A DNA stretch of 40,650 nucleotides from Bacteroidota bacterium (GCA_023417955.1 JAEZDW010000111.1:1-40650); one strand, 5' to 3'; positions 18,437 to 27,838 are shown, counted from the stretch's first letter. The notes: a model not told the origin generated them from the letters alone. Made by a program: numbers and translations.

Positions 18437-18469
18437 ATAATCCCTTGTTCAAAGGGATTATTTATTTTT
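18437..18469 (+). terminator. Intra-operon intrinsic terminator-like hairpin after tldE
   Basis: ATAATCCCTT-gttca-AAGGGATTAT followed by TTATTTTT. Confidence 0.6.
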
Positions 18470-18476
18470 AGGGAGT

Positions 18477-19100
18477 ATGCTGACAGGGAACAAGTTTTTT
18501 TTCACGAGGCTTCAATACGAGTCGGGGGACTGGGATGTTGACCAGCGCATGCCTTCGAACTTGCTTAACTCGTTGGTAGAATACACCACCCTGCCTGTCG
18601 ATACGAATGAAAATATCATTCCGCTCGCTAGCGATAAGATTTTCAACTGCCCGTTCTGTTATCTCAGCGGCCACAAGCTTGTGGAGTTTACAAAACAGGA
18701 AGCTGAAAATTTCGAAAAGTATGTCCGGAACGGAGGTTTCGTATTTGTCGATGATTGCAATCACGATATCGACGGACTCTTCGCCAAATCATTTGAAATT
18801 CAAATGGAACGGATTTTTGGCCCCGGCGAGCTTGCGAAGATTCCTAACAATCACAAACTCTATTCGGTGTTCTTTCAATTTGACGGGCCACCAACGACAG
18901 CGCAGGAACTGAATGGATGGGGTGATGACATCGTGCACGACTATCTGAAAGCGATCCAGATTAACAATCGAATCGGCGTACTTTACAGTAACAAGGACTA
19001 CGGTTGTGAATGGGACTATGATTTCAGAAACAAAAGATTTTATAAGATAGACAACACGCGTTTTGGCGTCAACATAGTACTCTATGCGCTGACGCGATAA
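18477..19100 (+). CDS. DUF4159-domain protein
   Basis: RLQYESGDW, FTKQEAENFEKYVRNGGFVFVDD, IPNNHKLY, DYGCEW, FGVNIVLYALT; context immediately upstream of moxR. Confidence 0.82.
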   Translation: MLTGNKFFFTRLQYESGDWDVDQRMPSNLLNSLVEYTTLPVDTNENIIPLASDKIFNCPFCYLSGHKLVEFTKQEAENFEKYVRNGGFVFVDDCNHDIDGLFAKSFEIQMERIFGPGELAKIPNNHKLYSVFFQFDGPPTTAQELNGWGDDIVHDYLKAIQINNRIGVLYSNKDYGCEWDYDFRNKRFYKIDNTRFGVNIVLYALTR

Positions 19101-19116
19101 TTTGAAACAACAAATC

Positions 19117-20109
19117 ATGAACGAAGAAATACAGCAGCTTACATCACGTTTGGGATCCCTGCGGGAGGAAATATCCAAAGTAATTGTGGGGCAGACAGAA
19201 ACCATCGACCAGTTGCTAATAACATTTCTGGCCGGTGGTCACGCGCTGCTGGAAGGCGTTCCCGGTCTTGCGAAAACATTAATGATCAGAACCCTGGCTG
19301 AAGCAATTGATTTGCGCTTTCGTCGTATTCAATTCACGCCTGACCTGATGCCATCCGACATTATCGGTACAGAAATTCTGGAAGAGGATCACTCCACAGG
19401 TAAGCGCTTTTTCAAGTTCAACAAGGGCCCCATCTTCGCAAACATTATTCTGGCAGACGAGATCAACCGCACATCTCCGAAGACGCAGTCTGCATTGCTT
19501 GAAGCAATGCAGGAGTTTAAGGTAACGTATGCCGGTACTACTTATCCCCTCGATCAGCCTTTCTTTATTCTGGCAACGCAAAATCCGATCGAACAGGCTG
19601 GCACTTTTCCGTTACCGGAAGCTCAGCTTGACAGGTTCCTCCTTTTCATTCGCATCAGCTATCCCGAGGCGGCCGACGAGGAAATGATACTGAAGAATAC
19701 GACGGGTGCGCGACACACCGAAATCAACAAGATACTGGATGGCAAAATGATTACAGCGGCCCAGCGCCTGGTACGGGAGGTTCACATCAGCGACGGTCTG
19801 ATTAGTTTTGTTAGTAACATCGTCAGGGCTACGCGTCACGCATCGTCGGAAGTCCAGGCAGTGAAAGACTTTGTACGCTGGGGTGCAGGGCCTCGTGCGG
19901 GCCAGGCTATGGTGCTCACAGCAAAGGCCAGGGCGTTGTTGTCCGGACGGTATTCCGTCACGCCTGAAGACATCGAGCACGTCGCTTATCCGGTATTGCG
20001 GCATCGGATTTTGCTGAACTTCAAAGCGGAAGCAGAAGGCATGGAGTCTGACGAAATTACCCGACAGCTTCTGGCCCACTACCGCAAAACGCTTAAAGCT
20101 TCCGTCTGA
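19117..20109 (+). CDS. moxR: MoxR-family AAA+ ATPase
   Basis: Walker A GHALLEGVPGLAKT, RIQFTPDLMPSD, Walker B ILADEINR, ATQNPIEQAGTFPLPEAQLDRF. ATG 19117 is preferred over TTG 19102. Confidence 0.96.
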   Translation: MNEEIQQLTSRLGSLREEISKVIVGQTETIDQLLITFLAGGHALLEGVPGLAKTLMIRTLAEAIDLRFRRIQFTPDLMPSDIIGTEILEEDHSTGKRFFKFNKGPIFANIILADEINRTSPKTQSALLEAMQEFKVTYAGTTYPLDQPFFILATQNPIEQAGTFPLPEAQLDRFLLFIRISYPEAADEEMILKNTTGARHTEINKILDGKMITAAQRLVREVHISDGLISFVSNIVRATRHASSEVQAVKDFVRWGAGPRAGQAMVLTAKARALLSGRYSVTPEDIEHVAYPVLRHRILLNFKAEAEGMESDEITRQLLAHYRKTLKASV

Positions 20110-20111
20110 CA

Positions 20112-21005
20112 ATGGACGCGCGCATAAAATCCCTGCTAAAGCCTGAACTACTTTCGTCATTGAACGGGATGGAGTTAATCGCGCGCATCATTGTTGAAGG
20201 TTTCATGAGCGGCAGCAACAAAAGCATGAGCATTGGGTTTGGCCAGGAATTCGCACAATATCGCGGCTACGAACCGGGCGATGACCTGCGTCAGCTTGAT
20301 TGGAAAATGTATGCCCGATCCGAACGGTATTTTGTCAAGCAATCCGAAATAGAAACCAATATTACGGTTAAGGTTGTAGTCGACGCGAGCAAATCGATGG
20401 CATACGCAGAATCTGAGCTGTCGAAGTTTGACTACGCGAAAATTTTTGCAGCGGCAATCGCGTACCTCGCAAGAAAGCAGGGCGACGCCTACGGCGTTTC
20501 AATTGTGAACGGAAATCGGTTCATTCATGTTCAGCCACGGTTCGAACATCAACATTTCATGCGCGTCCTTTCTGCCCTCGTTGATGCCTCTGTCAGTGGG
20601 ACATGGAGGAACACTCCCGAACTTGAAAGCGCAATTGATCATCACCGGAAGGAAATGATTATACTCTTTTCCGACTTGTATGATGATGACGGTGAGCTTT
20701 TTCGATTTGTCAGACAGTTGAAGACAAAACGCAACGAAGTAATCGTTTTCCACATTATGGGAAGGAATGAGCGGACGCTTGAAGTAAATGGGAATTTTAC
20801 ATTTCAGGATCTGGAGACAGGTTCAACACGACGAATCAACGTCGCAGCGGTGAGAGATAACTACAGGCAAAAGCTCGAAACGTGGATTAGCACGACACGG
20901 GATGCGTTCCTGGAACGCGATATCCATTATTTCCTCGCTGACATGAGTTCACCGGTTGACGAGGTGCTCAGGAGTTTTATTCAGGTCAGGAAAAATCTCG
21001 TGTAA
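20112..21005 (+). CDS. DUF58 (vWA-like) MoxR partner
   Basis: GQEFAQYRGYEPGDDLRQLDWK; MIDAS-like VVVDASKSM and LFSD. Confidence 0.93.
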   Translation: MDARIKSLLKPELLSSLNGMELIARIIVEGFMSGSNKSMSIGFGQEFAQYRGYEPGDDLRQLDWKMYARSERYFVKQSEIETNITVKVVVDASKSMAYAESELSKFDYAKIFAAAIAYLARKQGDAYGVSIVNGNRFIHVQPRFEHQHFMRVLSALVDASVSGTWRNTPELESAIDHHRKEMIILFSDLYDDDGELFRFVRQLKTKRNEVIVFHIMGRNERTLEVNGNFTFQDLETGSTRRINVAAVRDNYRQKLETWISTTRDAFLERDIHYFLADMSSPVDEVLRSFIQVRKNLV

Positions 21006-22186
21006 TGATTCAGTTTGCAAATCCATTGTGGCTGTGGGGACTTGCGGGACTGATCATTCCAGTTGCGATCCACTTGTTAAGTCGTCGCGAAGGCAAGACC
21101 GTTCCATTCGGCAGCCTGCGATTTCTGGAAGAAACACCTTCTTCACAATTCAAAGGCATCCGATTGAACGAAGTCTTCTTACTTGTGATCAGAGCTTTTT
21201 GCATTATCATACTGGTTCTGTTCCTGGCCGGCGTTTCGATAAAAGACGAATCACGAACTAAAATCTTGTTAATTGAAGACGCCATAGCCGAATCACCCTC
21301 AATCTCCGGGCTGATCGACAGCCTTGTGAACGCAGGATATCAAACAAAACGGATTTCCGAATACTACGACACAAGCCGGCATTTGAACTACTGGACGATT
21401 GCCGAAGATATTGCCCGTCAATCATACGAGACCGTTGTGCTGGCTGGCTCTCCCCTATTCAAATACTTTCAGGGTGAACGCGTTAACCTGCCCGAACACG
21501 TGCACTGGATTCCCGTTACTGAGACTGCTATTGAAACTTTTGAGCTTGCTTCAGTGCCTGGTTCAGGTAAACGCGTAGGCTACACGTCCGCCAATTCGGT
21601 TTGGTTTGAGACGATACAAAATCAAAATACGGCTGTAGCAAGTGATTCAATACATATCAACCTCACCTGGGACAGTGCCCACGAACGTGAGAAGGATTGG
21701 TTTATTGCAGCACTCAACGCAATCGGAACGCTGCACAAACCCGTCGCACTTCATCTGAATACAGACACTATGAATCCGGTTGCCTTGACGATTTGGTTGG
21801 CGAAAGATTCGCCGGAGAAGAAAAAGAACATGATCGTCCTTACAAAAGCATACGATCCGGGCGGAGAAATCTTTATGCAGGATTCTGTAGGCGGTAGTGT
21901 CAATAATGTTTGGATATTCAATCCCCCGCCTGATATCGGAAGTGCAGTCAGACAAAATTTCGTTGGTGAATTGGCGAGAATAGTTACGGGCAATGAGCCT
22001 GGAGCGCTGGCGGACAAATATGACAGCCGAATCATGCCCGACAACATGATGTGGTCGTTAAAGCATGGGGAACGATCAACGAGGAAGGCCGCGTTGAACA
22101 ATGAAGCACGCGCACCATGGCTTCTGCTGTTGCTCGTGGGGATGCTTTTGGTTGAAAGAATTTTATCAAAGCACAGAAAGCAATGA
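21005..22186 (+). CDS. BatA N-terminal double-TM domain membrane protein
   Basis: FANPLWLWGLAGLIIPVAIHLL...FGSLRFL; second TM segment; C-terminal TM PWLLLLLVGMLLVERIL. Starts by TAATG overlap with DUF58. Confidence 0.85.
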   Translation: MIQFANPLWLWGLAGLIIPVAIHLLSRREGKTVPFGSLRFLEETPSSQFKGIRLNEVFLLVIRAFCIIILVLFLAGVSIKDESRTKILLIEDAIAESPSISGLIDSLVNAGYQTKRISEYYDTSRHLNYWTIAEDIARQSYETVVLAGSPLFKYFQGERVNLPEHVHWIPVTETAIETFELASVPGSGKRVGYTSANSVWFETIQNQNTAVASDSIHINLTWDSAHEREKDWFIAALNAIGTLHKPVALHLNTDTMNPVALTIWLAKDSPEKKKNMIVLTKAYDPGGEIFMQDSVGGSVNNVWIFNPPPDIGSAVRQNFVGELARIVTGNEPGALADKYDSRIMPDNMMWSLKHGERSTRKAALNNEARAPWLLLLLVGMLLVERILSKHRKQ

Positions 22187-24420
22187 AGGTGGGCACGGAA
22201 ATAAAATTCATCGATCAACTGCGACAACGAATTGCATTCCTGCGGCTAACAGAGATAATATTCTGGTCGCTGGCATGTGCCGGCTTTGTAACCGGAGTCG
22301 TGCTGGTATTCGCACCATTTACCTTATGGGTGGCAGTGGCAGGTACAGTCGCTGCTCTTGTTACATTCATTGTGCTCCGGCGTACGCTCAACTACCAACC
22401 CACGAAAAAAGAGATTGCCAGATTTCTCGATTATACATTTCCGGAACTTGAAAACAGCTCCGACCTCCTCTTCACTGATATTGCTGAACTCAACGGCTTG
22501 CAGCGTCTCCAGTTAAGCCGCGTTGAAGATGCGCTGCCTGATGTATCCAGCCGCCTGAAGATTCCTCACCGCATACCGCTCGCAATTATCGTCTGTGCAT
22601 CGACCATGTTATTGTTTGCATTTGATTTGTCGCCTGGACTTGTTAGTCATCCCATAGGTGAATCACACGGCAACGATGAGATCGTATTCCAATCACTCCC
22701 CGGTATCAAATCAGCGTCGATAACCATTGCTCCACCAGCATACACCGGACTGAAACAATATACAAGCACAACCCTGCCTCTGACGGTACCAGAGGGCAGC
22801 AAAATTGAATGGCAGATTTCGTTCACTGATTCAGTTAAAAAAGCATGTATTGTTATCGGAAATACCGATACACTAACCTTGAAGGAAGCGGATGGCGCAC
22901 ATATAGCAGCCCTTATTTCCTCACGCCCCACGTTTTACCAGATTAGCTGGGGAAAAGACACTCTTGAAAAGAGTTCTGACTTTTATAAGATCGACGTACG
23001 CTCAGATGGTTCGCCGGAAATCAACGTTACCGGCATTGCGCAGTTCACCGAGCTCACATTCGGTGATCGCTTAACGGTATCGGTATCGGCAGATATATCG
23101 GACGACTATGGTTTGACCGAAGCTTTCATTATTGCCACCGTCAGCAAGGGCAGTGGTGAATCCGTAAAGTTCCGCGAAGAGAAACTCCCTTTTGACAGAC
23201 CAATTTCCATAAAAGGCAAGAAAGTTACCGGTAGCAGACAACTCAATCTGAAAACTCTTGGTCTCGATCCGGGGGATGAACTTTATTTTTATATAATGGC
23301 TTTCGACAACCGGTCGCCGCAACGTAATTACAGCCGAAGCCAGACCTACTTCATCGCCCTCAGGGACACAACCGAAGTTGAGCTATCCGTCGATGCCGGA
23401 CTGGGTGTAGACTTAATGCCGGAGTATTTCAGAAGTCAGCGTCAGATCATAATCGATTCTGAAAAACTATTGAGTCAACAAAAAGGACTCAGTGCAAAGG
23501 AGTTCAAGTCAGGAAGCAACGACCTGGCCCATGATCAAAAAGTACTTCGGCTCAGGTACGGCCAATTTCTTGGCGAGGAATTTGAATCCGGCATGGTGGA
23601 AGAAGATGATCATTCCAACGAGGCGGATCACCATCACGACGAAGAAGACGATGAGGATGACGTTACCAAAAAATTTGGTCACGTTCATGACAACGAACAA
23701 TCCGGTGAACACGAAATGCCTGCACAGCACAGTCATGCAGAAAAAGACCCCGAAGACGAAGAAGATCCGATTGAACGCTTTGTACACCGACACGACGATC
23801 CGGAAGAAGCGACATTTTTTACGCAAACCATCCGCGCCAAACTCAAGGCAACGCTGACGTTGATGTGGGACGCAGAGTTGCATCTCCGACTCGGCGAGCC
23901 CAGGAAGTCACTTCCATTTCAGTACAAAGCACTACAGCTGCTTAAGGAAATCGCAAACGACTCAAGAATATATGTGCACCGTACGGGATTCGACGCACCG
24001 CCAATCAAAGAAGAGAAGCGTCTCACCGGTGAACTTGATGATGCCCGTACGACAACAGATCGCTATTTAGGCGAAGTGAACATACTTCCCGCGTTGCATG
24101 AGGCACTGGCCATTGCCGAAAAGCTGGTTAGAACACCCGATCTGGAGTTGACCTCTTCTGATATAGCTATCTTTAATCGCGCAGCTGCCGAGGCGGGAGG
24201 CGTGGCGCCGGAGAATCCACTCAGGTTTATACCCTTGTTATCCGCGCTTCAAAAGTTTACGACGCCGAATGCAGATTCAACCCCTCGCAGTGAGCAAGCC
24301 GTGAAACTCGCAGCAGAGATTCGTAAGGTATTGCCACAGCGTCCACCAGCAGCCTCCGGTCAACCAGGAGCGCTTCATTCACTGGATTCATTGTTCATTC
24401 ATAATCTCTTCCAACCATGA
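22183..24420 (+). CDS. Membrane protein (DUF4175-like) with Ig-like domains and a His/Asp/Glu-rich tract
   Basis: Three N-terminal hydrophobic segments; PELENSSDLL, PPAYTG, DDYGL, LGLDPGDELYFYIMAFDN motifs; ATGA overlap with the BatA gene. Confidence 0.7.
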   Translation: MKVGTEIKFIDQLRQRIAFLRLTEIIFWSLACAGFVTGVVLVFAPFTLWVAVAGTVAALVTFIVLRRTLNYQPTKKEIARFLDYTFPELENSSDLLFTDIAELNGLQRLQLSRVEDALPDVSSRLKIPHRIPLAIIVCASTMLLFAFDLSPGLVSHPIGESHGNDEIVFQSLPGIKSASITIAPPAYTGLKQYTSTTLPLTVPEGSKIEWQISFTDSVKKACIVIGNTDTLTLKEADGAHIAALISSRPTFYQISWGKDTLEKSSDFYKIDVRSDGSPEINVTGIAQFTELTFGDRLTVSVSADISDDYGLTEAFIIATVSKGSGESVKFREEKLPFDRPISIKGKKVTGSRQLNLKTLGLDPGDELYFYIMAFDNRSPQRNYSRSQTYFIALRDTTEVELSVDAGLGVDLMPEYFRSQRQIIIDSEKLLSQQKGLSAKEFKSGSNDLAHDQKVLRLRYGQFLGEEFESGMVEEDDHSNEADHHHDEEDDEDDVTKKFGHVHDNEQSGEHEMPAQHSHAEKDPEDEEDPIERFVHRHDDPEEATFFTQTIRAKLKATLTLMWDAELHLRLGEPRKSLPFQYKALQLLKEIANDSRIYVHRTGFDAPPIKEEKRLTGELDDARTTTDRYLGEVNILPALHEALAIAEKLVRTPDLELTSSDIAIFNRAAAEAGGVAPENPLRFIPLLSALQKFTTPNADSTPRSEQAVKLAAEIRKVLPQRPPAASGQPGALHSLDSLFIHNLFQP

Positions 24421-26174
24421 ATGAGCACATTGTTCTGAGCCCTGTTTTTTCTTATGCCACCTGTGCAGTAATCATACTTGTTGTTGCGTTGATATTCATC
24501 TGGAAAGAATATCCATTCCGGAGGCAGACGCTTTTGATGATTCCTGCAATTATCCTCGTCATTAGCGCGATCGCCGGGTTACTGTTACGGCCTGGGTACG
24601 TTACCGAGGAAACAGCACCCCCTACAATCGTGTTGACAAGAAACTATGATCGTGCTAAGGCAGACAGTCTGCTCGCGCATTATAGCAACGCAACAGTAAT
24701 GCTTACGCACGACGCAGAACGCTATTCTGGTGCGATCAGAACGCATTCATTCCAGGAGCTCGTGTCACATGGGTCGACGATCGACTTCATCCTTGGCGAC
24801 GGAGTTCCTGACCACGTTCTCCAGCAACTCCCAAATACGTCCCTGCACTTCATTCGCGGCACAGGAACATCCGGGATAACACGACTTGCGATTCCGGATG
24901 TGATTCTACCTCATCGCTCTTACGAAATTTCAGGTCGCTACTCGAATAGCCCTGGCGTTGCACTCGTATTGAGTGGCCCCGAAGGCAAGTTGGACTCTGT
25001 ACATCTGGATGGAGGCAGCAAAACATTTAGCCTGAACTTAAGGCCAGCTGCACCGGGAACAATAACATATACAGTGACGGAACACACCGGTAGAAATGTT
25101 ATTCAACACACATTTCCGGTAGTTGTCCGGGAACCACGCAGTCTTCGGATTCTCATCGCTGAACATCATCCAACGTTTGAATCCCTTTACCTCAAGAACT
25201 GGCTAGCAAAAACACATCAGGTGACCGTGAGACATCAACTTTCGAAAGGCATTTTCCGCTACGAACACATCAACACCACAGGCGGGCAATTCGACAGGCT
25301 TAACAGTAAAACGCTGAGTGACATCGATGTACTGATCATCGATGACCAGACCTTCGCGAAGTTACCGGAATCCGGACAGAGAGAAGTCGGCAATGCAATC
25401 AAGAGCGGCCTGGGATGTCTGATCCTTTACCGATCACGTGACTCATTTCAAAAGGTCAGAGCAATACTGCCCGTGGATTTCACAAATTCGAAGTCAGACA
25501 CCATACACCTTGCACTGGATGAAAACAACGCGTTTAGCATTCCTGTGGCAGCGTTGCGCCCTGGTCGTGATCAGAAACTCGTTCCGTTGCTTCCACACAC
25601 CGGCACCCCTGCCGGGTATATCGAAGACCACTTCGGCAAGGTTGGGTATTCATTGATGACGGAAACTTACCCGCTGCTGCTACGCGGTGACAGCATCGGT
25701 TACGGCAGCATATGGACCTCACTGATTGATGGAGTTGCACGCATTCAGAAATCCGGAACAGAGATTCATTTTAGGGGTTTCCCACCATATCGGGTAGATC
25801 AACCGTTGCAGCTGGTGATCCGGTCTCGCGAGACACCTGAACTTTCGTACAACAAAGCGTTCCTTCCGGTGCGGGAAAATGAATTGATCGACAACATTTG
25901 GACAACGACCCTTTGGCCCGACACAACCGGTTGGCAGGAAGTTCTCCTGGCCAACGACTCGACACATTACTCTTTCTATGTCCATCCGGAAAGTGAGCTT
26001 TCTGGTGTTGAATCCGCTTCCAACTCGTACGCAACAATGCGTCGCCATACACAGGAATATCGCACAAGCAGTACTTCACGTCGAAAAGCGATTGATCCCG
26101 TTTGGTTCTATGCGATGTTTCTATGCGGCACAGCGTGGTTATGGGTTTGGCCTAAAGTAAAGCCCGTCGAATAG
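24417..26174 (+). CDS. Membrane protein with Ig-like and class-I glutamine-amidotransferase-like domains
   Basis: Two N-terminal TM segments and one C-terminal TM; LRILIAEHHPTFESLYLKNWL, DIDVLIID, AIKSGLGCLIL pattern; ATGA overlap. The domain call is tentative. Confidence 0.6.
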   Translation: MNEHIVLSPVFSYATCAVIILVVALIFIWKEYPFRRQTLLMIPAIILVISAIAGLLLRPGYVTEETAPPTIVLTRNYDRAKADSLLAHYSNATVMLTHDAERYSGAIRTHSFQELVSHGSTIDFILGDGVPDHVLQQLPNTSLHFIRGTGTSGITRLAIPDVILPHRSYEISGRYSNSPGVALVLSGPEGKLDSVHLDGGSKTFSLNLRPAAPGTITYTVTEHTGRNVIQHTFPVVVREPRSLRILIAEHHPTFESLYLKNWLAKTHQVTVRHQLSKGIFRYEHINTTGGQFDRLNSKTLSDIDVLIIDDQTFAKLPESGQREVGNAIKSGLGCLILYRSRDSFQKVRAILPVDFTNSKSDTIHLALDENNAFSIPVAALRPGRDQKLVPLLPHTGTPAGYIEDHFGKVGYSLMTETYPLLLRGDSIGYGSIWTSLIDGVARIQKSGTEIHFRGFPPYRVDQPLQLVIRSRETPELSYNKAFLPVRENELIDNIWTTTLWPDTTGWQEVLLANDSTHYSFYVHPESELSGVESASNSYATMRRHTQEYRTSSTSRRKAIDPVWFYAMFLCGTAWLWVWPKVKPVE

Positions 26175-26175
26175 A

Positions 26176-27291
26176 CTAACGCTGCTTCAAATAAGAGACC
26201 ATCTTTTCCGCTGCATTTTCAGAAGCAGATCCAATATTCAGGCTGTCGTAAATCGACTGATAGGAAGCCAGCATAGCTGTGCGCCCGGGACCGTCATTCA
26301 GAATTTTACGCAGCTCTTCTGAAAGCCGCGTAACGGTAAAGTCTTTTTGTATCAGCTCCTTTACCACTTCTTTACCCGCAATCAGGTTAACGAGTGATAT
26401 GAATGGTACCTGAATCAGACTTTTCGCGATGAAATAGCTAAATCCACTTGTTATGTAAACGACAACCTGGGGCACGTTGAAAAGGGCGGTTTCAAGAGTA
26501 GCCGTACCTGATGTTACAACGGCAGCCCTGCTGAAAGAGAGGAGGTTATATGTATCCTCATTCACTAGCGTGACGTTAGCATCAATAAAGGGTCGGTAGA
26601 CGCTTGGGTCGAGATTATCCACAGTCGCGACGGCGAACTGAACCTCAGGGAAGTTGCCGACGACGCCGGCCATGACCGCACCGATATTGGTTACCTCCTG
26701 CTTCCGACTGCCTGGCAACAACGCAACGACTGGTTTGTCACGGGAAAGTTTATGTCGCTCGGGGAAGTTATCATCTGTCTCGTGCTTGCGAACAGCATCG
26801 AGTACAGGATTTCCAACGTAGTCAACCTCCCAATCAAACTTTTTGTAAAAGTTCTTCTCGAAAGGAAGGATAACAAACATTCTGTCAACCGTAGCCTTGA
26901 GCTTCACAGCCCGGTTCTGATTCCAGGCCCATACCTTTGGAGAGATGTAGTAATACACCTGCATCGCATGTCTTTTCTTCGCCCACGCAGCTATCTGTTT
27001 GTTGAACCCGCCGAAGTCGACGAGGATGACCACGTCGGGTTTGAAGGCGACGATATCTTCCTTACAACGGTTGAGGTATCTTGAAATCTTGCGAAGGCTC
27101 GTGATTACTTCCCAGAATCCCATTACTGCAAGCTCCTTGTAATGCACAGCGATATCGACTCCCGCGTCGCGCATGTACTCACCGCCGAAGCCGCGTATAA
27201 CCGCTTCAGGGTCTCGCTTGAATAACTCGCGCGCAAGATTTCCTGCATGCAAATCACCGGATCGTTCTCCCGCGATCAGATAATAACGCAT
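26176..27291 (-). CDS. lpxB: Lipid-A-disaccharide synthase
   Basis: IAGERSGDLH, YYISPKVWAW, ILPFEK, YVGNP, ALLPGSRKQE, SGTATLETAL. Confidence 0.97.
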   Translation of the reverse strand: MRYYLIAGERSGDLHAGNLARELFKRDPEAVIRGFGGEYMRDAGVDIAVHYKELAVMGFWEVITSLRKISRYLNRCKEDIVAFKPDVVILVDFGGFNKQIAAWAKKRHAMQVYYYISPKVWAWNQNRAVKLKATVDRMFVILPFEKNFYKKFDWEVDYVGNPVLDAVRKHETDDNFPERHKLSRDKPVVALLPGSRKQEVTNIGAVMAGVVGNFPEVQFAVATVDNLDPSVYRPFIDANVTLVNEDTYNLLSFSRAAVVTSGTATLETALFNVPQVVVYITSGFSYFIAKSLIQVPFISLVNLIAGKEVVKELIQKDFTVTRLSEELRKILNDGPGRTAMLASYQSIYDSLNIGSASENAAEKMVSYLKQR

Positions 27292-27315
27292 GCCGGCCGG
27301 GTTTTATCGAACGTG

Positions 27316-27735
27316 CTACTCGCCATAGTACTCAACATAATTGCGTGGAGTTTCATAAAGTCGGAGGCTGTGAAGTTGTCCGAATTTCGTGATGAAGGGC
27401 AACCTGCTGTTCAGTATCTTCCATATTTCCACGATAAGTGTTTCACAGCTGCAGAGTTTGCCTGCCATGAAGTCTACATCTGTGTTGAGGTTTTTGTGAT
27501 CAAGCTTTTCAATCACCTCATCGCGGATAAGGGTACTTAGTTTCTTAAGATCGACAACAAAACCGGTTTCCGGATCGGGGTTTCCCTTGACAGTGACAAT
27601 AAGCTCAAAATTGTGCCCATGCCAGTTTTCGTTCGCGCAGGGCCCAAAAACCTCACGATTCCGTTCCGCAGACCAGGCGGGATTATACAGCTTATGGGCT
27701 GCATTGAAGTGTTCCTTTCTCGATACGTAGATCAT
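27316..27735 (-). CDS. queD: 6-pyruvoyl-tetrahydropterin synthase / 6-carboxytetrahydropterin synthase family protein
   Basis: Start at ATG 27735; FNAAHKL, HGHNF, LDHKNLN, LYETP. The active-site motif is CANENWHGH rather than the canonical QueD CX3HGH, so the symbol is family-level only. Confidence 0.85.
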   Translation of the reverse strand: MIYVSRKEHFNAAHKLYNPAWSAERNREVFGPCANENWHGHNFELIVTVKGNPDPETGFVVDLKKLSTLIRDEVIEKLDHKNLNTDVDFMAGKLCSCETLIVEIWKILNSRLPFITKFGQLHSLRLYETPRNYVEYYGE

Positions 27736-27750
27736 ACTCGACTTTCGGCA

Positions 27751-27758
27751 CAAATATA
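27751..27758 (-). promoter_or_regulatory. -7 promoter box for the PTPS gene and lpxB
   Basis: TATATTTG on the minus strand, 15 nt upstream of the ATG; no obvious -33 box. Confidence 0.55.
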
Positions 27759-27838
27759 CGGAATCGGGATACAGATTGGAGGAATGAACATGGCCCGACT
27801 ATTTCGGCCTCCTTTGATAAATTTTGCAAAGCCTGAGC

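Noticed and set aside
18430..18448. Fur-box-like GACAATGATAATCCCTTGT (13/19 match to the E. coli consensus)
   Set aside because: Only the left part matches, no promoter is adjacent, and the sequence is largely explained by the hairpin arm.
13785..26174. tld operon as a RiPP (microcin-like) biosynthetic cluster
   Set aside because: No precursor peptide, YcaO or radical-SAM enzyme, or exporter is visible in the window.
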